The position numbers and the translations under genes are program-made. A stretch of 32,000 bases of DNA from Kineococcus radiotolerans SRS30216 = ATCC BAA-149 (GTDB lineage Bacteria > Actinomycetota > Actinomycetes > Actinomycetales > Kineococcaceae): the NCBI RefSeq assembly GCF_000017305.1, contig NC_009664.2, positions 690,001 through 722,000 of the forward strand, given 5' to 3'. This document shows, one piece after another, positions 24,530 through 30,981 of this stretch; positions within the stretch are counted from its first letter, which is position 1, and each line of letters starts with the position of its first letter. The notes beneath the pieces are model-generated. The model did no database searches. It saw only the letters and a list, made by a program, of their open reading frames with translations, and was not told the DNA's origin.

Positions 24530-25447
24530 ATGAACAGCATCCGTACGGCCGTGCTCGCCGGCGCGGCGACCGCGCTGCTGGCCCTGAGCGCTTGCGGCAA
24601 CGAGGGTTCCCCCGAGACCGCCGGCGGGAGCAGCACCTCCGGCGGCAGCGCCGCCGCCGCCCCCGAGTACGCCGTCGCCACCGACGTCGCGATCACCGGC
24701 AGCCCGACCTACGACAAGATCAAGGCGGCCGGGAAGGTCGTCATCGGCGTCAAGGCCGACCAGCCGGGCATCGGCCAGAAGGACGCGGGCAGCGGCGAGT
24801 ACACCGGCTTCGACATCGAGATGGCCAAGCTCATGGCCGCGAACCTCGGCCTGACGCCCGACGAGATCGACTTCGTCGAGACCGTCTCGGCCAACCGCGA
24901 GCCGTTCCTGCAGCAGGGCACGGTCGACATGGTCATCGCCTCGTACACGATCAACGACAAGCGCAAGCAGGTCGTCGACTTCGCCGGGCCGTACTACGTC
25001 GCCGGCCAGGACCTGCTCGTGCGCGCCGACGAGGAGGAGATCACCGGGCCGGACGCGCTGGCCGGCAAGAAGGTCTGCTCGGTGGAGGGTTCCACCCCGG
25101 CGACCCGGATCCGCGACGAGCACCCCGACGCGCAGCTCGTCACCTTCGACGCCTACTCCAAGTGCGTGGAGCAGCTGACCTCCAACGCCGTGGACGCCGT
25201 CACCACCGACGACGCGATCCTGCGCGGCTACGCCGCCCAGCAGCCCGAGGCCCTCAAGGTCGTCGGCGCGCCCTTCAGCGAGGAGCCGTACGGCATCGGC
25301 CTGCCCAAGGGCGACACCGCCCTGCGCAACGCGCTGAACGACGCGATCGAGACGGCGGTCGAGGACGGCGACTGGAAGAAGGCGTACGACCACACCCTCG
25401 GGGGCAGCGGCACCGACCCCGAGCCGCCGACCGTCGACCGCTACTGA
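24530..25447 (+). CDS. gluB: glutamate-type ABC transporter substrate-binding lipoprotein
   Basis: 305-aa ORF with signal peptide and lipobox LSAC (Cys codon 24593..24595). It has a family-3 solute-binding fold (GFDIEMAKL..., TINDKRKQVVDF). Confidence 0.85.
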   Translation: MNSIRTAVLAGAATALLALSACGNEGSPETAGGSSTSGGSAAAAPEYAVATDVAITGSPTYDKIKAAGKVVIGVKADQPGIGQKDAGSGEYTGFDIEMAKLMAANLGLTPDEIDFVETVSANREPFLQQGTVDMVIASYTINDKRKQVVDFAGPYYVAGQDLLVRADEEEITGPDALAGKKVCSVEGSTPATRIRDEHPDAQLVTFDAYSKCVEQLTSNAVDAVTTDDAILRGYAAQQPEALKVVGAPFSEEPYGIGLPKGDTALRNALNDAIETAVEDGDWKKAYDHTLGGSGTDPEPPTVDRY

Positions 25448-25453
25448 GGGACC

Positions 25454-25488
25454 GCGCCCGGGCGCCGCGACGGCGCGGCCCCGGGCGC
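25454..25488 (+). other. intercistronic GC-rich stem-loop after gluB (9-bp outer stem GCGCCCGGG/CCCGGGCGC plus 5-bp inner stem)
   Basis: Read directly, 7 nt after the gluB stop. It could be a partial terminator or an mRNA-stabilising hairpin, as is often seen after binding-protein genes. Confidence 0.3.
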
Positions 25489-25526
25489 ACCCACGTCCGC
25501 CACCCTCCCTCCAGCAAGGAGACGAC

Positions 25527-26201
25527 GTGCAGGTCATCGTCGACAACCTCGACGTGTTCGGCCGCGGGATCTGGGGCACCGTCACCCTGTTCTTCTGGGC
25601 CACCCTCGGCTCGCTCGTCCTCGGCACCGTCCTCGCGGTCTTCCGCATCTCCCCCAGCGCGGCGCTGCGGGCCTTCGGCACGACGTACGTCAACGTCTTC
25701 CGCAACACCCCCCTCACGCTGATCATGGTGTTCTGCGTGCTGTGCCTGCCGACGCTGCAGATCACCTTCAGCGACGACACCGCCCGCCAGTACCGCGCCT
25801 ACGCCATCCTCGCGCTGGTCGCCTACACCTCCTGCTTCGTGTGCGAAGCGGTGCGCTCGGGCATCAACACCGTGCCGCTGGGCCAGGCGGAGGCGGCGCG
25901 CGCGATCGGGCTGCCCTTCACCGGGGTGCTGCGCCTGGTCGTCCTCCCCCAGGCCTTCCGCGCCGTGGTCCCGCCGCTGGGCAGCGTCCTGAACGCCCTG
26001 CTGAAGAACACCTCCGTCGCCTCGGCGGCGAGCAACTACGAACTCGTCTCGGCCATGCGCAACCTCGTCGAGCAGAACGGCAACGCCGTCATCGCCGTCC
26101 TCATCGGGATCACCGTGGCCTACATGCTGCTGGCGGGGGTGCTCTTCACCGGCGTGACCCTGCTGGAACGGCGGACGGCACGGAGCGGAGCGAACGCGTG
26201 A
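25527..26201 (+). CDS. gluC: amino-acid ABC transporter permease
   Basis: 224-aa ORF with multiple TM segments and the EAA-type loop (GQAEAARAIGL). GTG 25527 follows AAGGAGACGAC. Confidence 0.85.
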   Translation: MQVIVDNLDVFGRGIWGTVTLFFWATLGSLVLGTVLAVFRISPSAALRAFGTTYVNVFRNTPLTLIMVFCVLCLPTLQITFSDDTARQYRAYAILALVAYTSCFVCEAVRSGINTVPLGQAEAARAIGLPFTGVLRLVVLPQAFRAVVPPLGSVLNALLKNTSVASAASNYELVSAMRNLVEQNGNAVIAVLIGITVAYMLLAGVLFTGVTLLERRTARSGANA

Positions 26202-27046
26202 GCCAGGTCCTCTACGACGCCCCCGGCCCCCGGGCCCGGCGCCTCAACGCCGTCCTCACCGTGGTCGGCGTCGCGCTATTCGCCGGGGTCCTCGGGGTCG
26301 TCGTCTGGCGGCTGAACGGCGCGGGGCAGTTCGCGCCCTCGAAGTGGAGCCCCTTCAGCTACACCGACATCCAGACCGCCCTCCTCGGCGCCTGGTGGCA
26401 GACGATGAAGGTCGCCCTGGTGGCGATCCTGCTCTCGGTGGTGCTGGCCGCGGTGCTGGCGAGCGCGCGGCTGTCGCACGCGAGGGCGCTGCGGCGGGTC
26501 GCCTACGGCCTGATCCAGCTCTTCCGGGCGCCGCCGGTCCTGCTGCTGATGTTCTGGTTCTTCTACGGCTCCGGCGGGGACGTCCCGCTGTACTGGTGCG
26601 GTGTCCTCGGGCTCACCGTCTACAACGGGGCCTTCCTCGCCGAGATCCTGCGCGCCGGGGTCGAAGCCCTGCCGAAGGGGCAGCGGGAGGCCGGGCTCGC
26701 CGTCGGGCTCACCGAGAGCCAGGTCCTGTGGACGATCCAGCTCCCGCAGGCCGTGCGGTCCATGCTGCCGTCGCTGGTGTCGCAGATCGTCGTCATCCTC
26801 AAGGACAGCGCGCTCATCTACATCATCGGCTACTCGGAACTGCTCCGGTGGGGCACGCAGCTGGGGTCGCAGTACTTCAACCTCATCCCCGCCATGCTCG
26901 TCATCGCCGTCGTCTACGTCGGCACGAACATGGTCATCGCCGCGATCGCCAAGGTGGTGGAGCGGCGGATGAGCACGAAGACGGCGGGCAAGACAGCCGC
27001 TGCCGGACCCCCGCAGTTCGTCGCTACGCCGTCGGGCGGGGCCTGA
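26198..27046 (+). CDS. gluD: amino-acid ABC transporter permease
   Basis: C-terminal 282 aa of track ORF 25742..27046, from GTG 26198, which overlaps the gluC stop as GTGA. EAA-type loop KGQREAGLAVGL. Confidence 0.85.
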   Translation: MSQVLYDAPGPRARRLNAVLTVVGVALFAGVLGVVVWRLNGAGQFAPSKWSPFSYTDIQTALLGAWWQTMKVALVAILLSVVLAAVLASARLSHARALRRVAYGLIQLFRAPPVLLLMFWFFYGSGGDVPLYWCGVLGLTVYNGAFLAEILRAGVEALPKGQREAGLAVGLTESQVLWTIQLPQAVRSMLPSLVSQIVVILKDSALIYIIGYSELLRWGTQLGSQYFNLIPAMLVIAVVYVGTNMVIAAIAKVVERRMSTKTAGKTAAAGPPQFVATPSGGA

Positions 27047-27051
27047 GACGC

Positions 27052-27079
27052 GGGCCGGCCTCCCCGTGGAGGCCGGCCC
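27052..27079. terminator. bidirectional terminator-like hairpin (perfect 12-bp stem GGGCCGGCCTCC/GGAGGCCGGCCC, 4-nt loop)
   Basis: It lies in the 39-bp gap between the convergent gluD stop (27046) and the ABM-gene stop (27086). There is no clear U-tract. Confidence 0.55.
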
Positions 27080-27085
27080 CGGTCC

Positions 27086-27379
27086 TCAGATGTCGTCGCG
27101 GACCGCGTACAGCGTCAGCTTGCGGTCGGTGACGATCGAGCCGAGCCGGTTCGCCCCCTCGGGGGTGGCGCGGAAGGCCCGGTAGGCGTTGTCGTCCTCG
27201 ATGGACTCCCACCGCTCGACGATGGACACGTGGGTCTCGTCGGCGTGGTCGATGAGCACCTCGCACCCGAGGTTGCCCTTGAAGGCGCGGGTGGCTTCGA
27301 GGGTCTCGGTGAGGATGGCCGGGGCGTCGGCGACGTTCTCGGGCTTGAGGGTGAGTTCCAGGATCGCGATGGTGGTCAC
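27086..27379 (-). CDS. ABM-domain (antibiotic-biosynthesis-monooxygenase/YgiN-like) protein
   Basis: 97-aa ORF. The ferredoxin-like pattern MTTIAILELTLKPE...GCEVLIDHADETHVSIVERWESIEDDNAYRAF is typical of ABM/quinol monooxygenase-like proteins. GTG 27379 lies 9 nt after the recX stop. Confidence 0.75.
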   Translation of the reverse strand: MTTIAILELTLKPENVADAPAILTETLEATRAFKGNLGCEVLIDHADETHVSIVERWESIEDDNAYRAFRATPEGANRLGSIVTDRKLTLYAVRDDI

Positions 27380-27388
27380 GGGCGGAGG

Positions 27389-27910
27389 CTACGCCTGCCC
27401 GTCGAGCTCCTCGCGGACGACCCGCAGCACCACGTCGGTGGGGAACCCGCGGCGGGCGAGCAGGCCGAACAGCCGGCGTTCGCGCACCGCGCGCTCCAGG
27501 CCCGCGGTGGAGCGGAGCTTGCGGCGCACGAGCTCCCGGGCGGCCTCGGCCTGGCTGTCGTGGTCGACGACCTCCAGCGCGTCCGCGGCGGTCTCGTCGT
27601 CGACGCCCTTCCGGCGCAGCTCCTGGGCCAGCGCCCGACGCCCGCGCCCGCTGCGGCGGGCGTGCACGAAGGACTCGGCGAAGGCGCGGTCGTCGACGAG
27701 GCCGACCTCCTCGAAGCGGTCGAGGACCTCGACCACGATCTCGGCCGGCACCTCCTTGGCGGCCAGCTTCTCGGCCAGCTGCTTGCGGGTGCGCGGCGCC
27801 ATCGTCAGCTGCCGCAGGGCGATGGTGCGGGCGACCTCGCGCGGGTCGGCCTCCCGGTCCGGGTTCTCGTCCGGACCGGGAGGGACCTGCTCGGGGGGCC
27901 GACGGCTCAG
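27389..27910 (-). CDS. recX: recombination regulator RecX (start probably upstream of the annotated ATG; CTG 27910 proposed)
   Basis: Track ORF 27389..27802 (137 aa) shows the RecX helical repeats ([21 protein letters not shown]...). The in-frame sequence upstream of ATG 27802 encodes [15 protein letters not shown], the conserved first RecX helix. That frame has no ATG, GTG or TTG between 27803 and 27910, nor in the roughly 150 nt of recA 3' end that I read. CTG 27910 overlaps the recA stop (CTGA) and has GAGGAGAAGG 7 nt upstream. Confidence 0.8.
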   Translation of the reverse strand: MSRRPPEQVPPGPDENPDREADPREVARTIALRQLTMAPRTRKQLAEKLAAKEVPAEIVVEVLDRFEEVGLVDDRAFAESFVHARRSGRGRRALAQELRRKGVDDETAADALEVVDHDSQAEAARELVRRKLRSTAGLERAVRERRLFGLLARRGFPTDVVLRVVREELDGQA

Positions 27911-28953
27911 AAGTCGACCTTCTCCTCGACGTCGACCTCGGCCGGGGCGTCCAGGCGGGCGCCGATGCCGAGCTTCTCCTTGATGCGCTTCTCGATCTCG
28001 TCGCCGAGGTCGGGGTTGTCGCGCAGGAAGGCGCGGGCGTTCTCCTTGCCCTGGCCGAGCTGATCGCCCTCGTAGGTGTACCAGGCGCCGGACTTGCGCA
28101 CGAAGCCGTGCTCGACGCCGAGGTCGATGAGCCCACCCTCGCGGGAGATGCCCTGGCCGTAGATGATGTCGAACTCGGCCTGCTTGAAGGGCGGGCTGAC
28201 CTTGTTCTTGACGACCTTGACGCGGGTCCGGTTGCCGACGGGGTTCGTCCCGTCCTTGAGCGTCTCGATCCGGCGGACGTCGAGGCGGACCGAGGCGTAG
28301 AACTTCAGCGCCTTGCCGCCCGTCGTCGTCTCGGGCGAGCCGAACATGACGCCGATCTTCTCGCGCAGCTGGTTGATGAAGATGGCCGTGGTGCCGGAGT
28401 GGTTCAGCGCACCGGTGATCTTGCGCAGGGCCTGCGACATCAGGCGGGCCTGCAGACCGACGTGGCTGTCGCCCATCTCGCCCTCGATCTCGGCCTTGGG
28501 CACGAGGGCCGCGACGGAGTCGATGACGATGATGTCGAGGGCGCCGGAGCGGATCAGCATGTCCGCGATCTCCAGCGCCTGCTCCCCCGTGTCGGGCTGG
28601 GAGACCAGCAGCGCGTCGGTGTCGACGCCCAGCTTGGCCGCGTAGTCCGGGTCGAGGGCGTGCTCGGCGTCGATGAAGGCGGCGATGCCGCCGGCCTTCT
28701 GGGCGCTGGCCACGGCGTGCAGGGCGACGGTCGTCTTGCCCGAGGACTCCGGGCCGTAGATCTCCACCACGCGACCGCGGGGCAGGCCGCCGATGCCGAG
28801 GGCGACGTCCAGGGAGATGGAGCCGGTCGGGATGACCTCGATCGGCGGACGGACCTCGTCGCCCAGCCGCATGACCGAGCCCTTGCCGAAGTTCTTGTCG
28901 ATCGCTGCGAGGGCGGCGTCGAGGGCCTTCTCGCGGTCCGCAGGAGCGGGCAT
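27907..28953 (-). CDS. recA: recombinase RecA (no intein)
   Basis: 348-aa ORF. Walker [10 protein letters not shown], Walker [11 protein letters not shown], and the L1/L2 loop regions. ATG 28953 is preceded by GAGGTGAGGA. Confidence 0.98.
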   Translation of the reverse strand: MPAPADREKALDAALAAIDKNFGKGSVMRLGDEVRPPIEVIPTGSISLDVALGIGGLPRGRVVEIYGPESSGKTTVALHAVASAQKAGGIAAFIDAEHALDPDYAAKLGVDTDALLVSQPDTGEQALEIADMLIRSGALDIIVIDSVAALVPKAEIEGEMGDSHVGLQARLMSQALRKITGALNHSGTTAIFINQLREKIGVMFGSPETTTGGKALKFYASVRLDVRRIETLKDGTNPVGNRTRVKVVKNKVSPPFKQAEFDIIYGQGISREGGLIDLGVEHGFVRKSGAWYTYEGDQLGQGKENARAFLRDNPDLGDEIEKRIKEKLGIGARLDAPAEVDVEEKVDF

Positions 28954-29012
28954 GTCCTCACCTCAGGGTCTGGAACGGGATGTTCACGGGTCTGCTCTGG
29001 TTGACGTGGACC

Positions 29013-29034
29013 ACGTTAGGACGGACCTCCGACA
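29013..29034 (-). promoter_or_regulatory. RecA-NDp-like (LexA-independent, PafBC-type) promoter candidate: TGTCGGAG-N8-TAACGT
   Basis: The minus strand reads GTGTCGGAG gtccgtcc TAACGT, ending 59 nt upstream of the recA ATG. It fits the mycobacterial consensus tTGTCRgtg-N8-TAnnnT except for one position of the lower-case 'gtg' tail (AG in place of TG). Confidence 0.5.
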
Positions 29035-29097
29035 CGACCCCCGCGACGAGCGCGGGCGGTGGGCGGCGAGCCCGGCGACTCCCCTGTGGACACCGCG

Positions 29098-29126
29098 ATG
29101 CTATCCGTACACGTGTTCGATCCCAA
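29098..29126 (-). promoter_or_regulatory. LexA-controlled recA promoter candidate: -35 TTGGGA, 17-nt spacer, -10 TAGCAT
   Basis: The minus strand reads cTTGGGA-TCGAACACGTGTACGGA-TAGCAT. The spacer is occupied almost entirely by the SOS box. Confidence 0.55.
29105..29120. promoter_or_regulatory. LexA (SOS) box TCGAAC-ACGT-GTACGG (minus-strand reading; 10/12 half-site positions)
   Basis: One perfect half-site and one 4/6 half-site. It shares the ACACGTGTT core and the flanking GATCCC with the lexA box at 13472..13487. It lies in the recA / SMP-30 divergent region. Confidence 0.65.
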
Positions 29127-29170
29127 GCCCGTCGCGGCGTGTCCGCCGCGGGGATCACTAGGCTGCGGCC

Positions 29171-30154
29171 GTGACGCAGACGTCCCCCGGCTCCCCCACC
29201 GTCCTCGACCCGCGCGGGGCCGCCCTGCTGCCCGCGGGCGCCGTCCTCGAGCGCCTCGGCACGGGCAGCACCTGGGCCGAGGGCCCGCTCTGGCTGCCGC
29301 GGGAGCGGGCGCTGATCCTCAGCGACATCCCCGGGAACCGGGTCCTGCGCTGGGACGAGGCGTCGGGGGTGGGGGGCGGCCTGACCGTCCACCGCGAGGG
29401 GGTCGAGTTCACCAACGGCCGCACCCTGGACCGGGAGGGCCGCGTCGTGACCTGCTCCCACGGCCGGCGCGCGGTCGAGCGCACCGACGCCGACGGCACC
29501 ACCACCGTCCTCGTGGACCGCTACGGCGACGCCCGCCTCAACTCCCCCAACGACGTCATCGTCGCCTCCGACGGCGCGATCTGGTTCACCGACCCCCCGT
29601 ACGGCATCAGCGTGGAGGTCGAGGGGCACGAGGGCCACCGCGAGTACGGCGACAACTTCGTCTTCCGCCTCGACCCGGCCACGCGGGAGCTGCGGGTGGT
29701 CGTCACCGACGTCGAGGAGCCCAACGGCCTCGCGTTCTCCCCCGACGAGTCGCTGCTCTACGTGGCCGACACCTCCGCCGCACCGACCCCCGGCAACGGG
29801 ACCCACCGGCTCATCCGCGTCTACGACGTCCTCACCGGCGTCCGCGGCGGACGCGGCCCGCAGGCCGCGCCCAGCGGGCCGGTGGTCAAGAACGGCCGGG
29901 TGTTCGCCGAGGTCGACCGCGGCCTGGCCGACGGCTTCCGCGTCGACACCGCCGGCAACGTCTGGACGTCCGACGGGGACGCGGTGGCGGTGTACGCCCC
30001 CGACGGCACCCGCCTGCTCGAGGTCGTCGTGGGCGAGGTCGTGGCCAACCTCTGCTTCGGCGGCGCGGACGGCACCGACGTCTTCGTCGCGGCCTCCACC
30101 AGCGCCTACCGGCTGCGGACCAGCGCCGTCGGCGCGGGGCTGTGGTGGCTGTGA
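29171..30154 (+). CDS. SMP-30/gluconolactonase/LRE-family beta-propeller protein
   Basis: 327-aa ORF with motifs AEGPLW, SPNDV, WFTDP and PNGLAFSPDE. GTG 29171 lies 6 nt after a TAGGCT -10-like hexamer (29159..29164), so the transcript may be leaderless. Confidence 0.9.
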   Translation: MTQTSPGSPTVLDPRGAALLPAGAVLERLGTGSTWAEGPLWLPRERALILSDIPGNRVLRWDEASGVGGGLTVHREGVEFTNGRTLDREGRVVTCSHGRRAVERTDADGTTTVLVDRYGDARLNSPNDVIVASDGAIWFTDPPYGISVEVEGHEGHREYGDNFVFRLDPATRELRVVVTDVEEPNGLAFSPDESLLYVADTSAAPTPGNGTHRLIRVYDVLTGVRGGRGPQAAPSGPVVKNGRVFAEVDRGLADGFRVDTAGNVWTSDGDAVAVYAPDGTRLLEVVVGEVVANLCFGGADGTDVFVAASTSAYRLRTSAVGAGLWWL

Positions 30155-30672
30155 GCGCCACCGTCCCGCCCGCCCCCGAGCGCCGCGAGCCCCCGGAGGT
30201 CGGTGACGAGCGCGCCACCGTCGAGGGCTTCCTGGAGTACCACCGGGTCACCTTCGCCCGGAAGCTGGAGGGCCTGACCCCCGAGCAGCTGCGCCGGCGC
30301 AGCGTGGAGCCGTCGTCGATGTCGCTGCTGGGCCTGGCCCGCCACCTCGCCGAGGTGGAACGCGGCTGGTGGCGCGAGGGGGTGGCCGGCGAGGACGCCC
30401 CCGCGCGGACGTACTCCCCCGACAACCCCGACGGCGACTTCGACGACGTGGAGACCGCCGACGCCGCCGCCGACCTCGACTGGCTGGCTCAGGAGCAGGC
30501 GCACGCCCGGCGCGTCCTCGCCGCGCGCTCCCTCGACGACACCTGGGAGCACCCCCGGCGCGGCACCCTCAGCGTCCGCTGGGTGCTGACCCACCTGCTG
30601 GAGGAGTACGCCCGCCACAACGGGCACGCCGACCTGCTGCGCGAGCGGATCGACGGCGCGACCGGGGAGTAG
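30151..30672 (+). CDS. DinB-fold (DUF664/mycothiol-transferase-like) protein
   Basis: C-terminal 173 aa of track ORF 29059..30672, from GTG 30151, which overlaps the SMP-30 stop as GTGA. It has a four-helix DinB pattern with the His triad context (...ARHLAEVE...LLEEYARHNGHADLLRERIDG). Confidence 0.75.
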   Translation: MSATVPPAPERREPPEVGDERATVEGFLEYHRVTFARKLEGLTPEQLRRRSVEPSSMSLLGLARHLAEVERGWWREGVAGEDAPARTYSPDNPDGDFDDVETADAAADLDWLAQEQAHARRVLAARSLDDTWEHPRRGTLSVRWVLTHLLEEYARHNGHADLLRERIDGATGE

Positions 30673-30678
30673 CCGGCC

Positions 30679-30906
30679 CTACCGCGGCCGCTTCGGGCGC
30701 CGGTCGCGGCCCAGGCGGCGCTCCGGGGGGACGTCCATGGCCTCGCACAGCGCCAGCCAGATCTCCTTGGGCTCCACCCCGGCGTCCAGCGCCTGCCGCG
30801 CGGTGCGGTCGTCGAGGGCGAGCAGGTGCTGGTCGGTGGCCAGCGAGCGGCCGTAGGCGTCCCCGAACTCGTCGGTCACCAGGGTCCAGAACTCGCTGAC
30901 GCGCAT
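30679..30906 (-). CDS. DUF3046-family small protein (recA-associated in Actinobacteria)
   Basis: C-terminal 75 aa of track ORF 30679..31887, from ATG 30906 (MRVSEFWTLVTDEFGDAYGRSLATDQHLLALDDRTARQALDAGVEPKEIWLALCEAMDVP). This is the typical DUF3046 sequence. Confidence 0.85.
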   Translation of the reverse strand: MRVSEFWTLVTDEFGDAYGRSLATDQHLLALDDRTARQALDAGVEPKEIWLALCEAMDVPPERRLGRDRRPKRPR

Positions 30907-30953
30907 GGGCGACAGGGTGCCACGCAGCGGCACCGCGAGCGCCGGGGGGCAGG

Positions 30954-30975
30954 TGTCGGACCCGGGTGGTCGAAT
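30954..30975 (+). promoter_or_regulatory. weak RecA-NDp-like motif TGTCGGAC-N8-TCGAAT, ending 6 nt before the lhr ATG (possible leaderless transcript)
   Basis: It shares GTGTCGGA with the recA-proximal motif. The -10 position reads TCGAAT, which is not the canonical TAnnnT. Confidence 0.3.
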
Positions 30976-30981
30976 GGCGCC

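Noticed and set aside
28973-28985. GAAC-GGGAT-GTTC inverted repeat just upstream of the recA ribosome-binding site
   Set aside because: The spacer is 5 nt rather than the 4 nt of the SOS box, and the flanking TC/GA positions do not match. I did not call it a LexA site.
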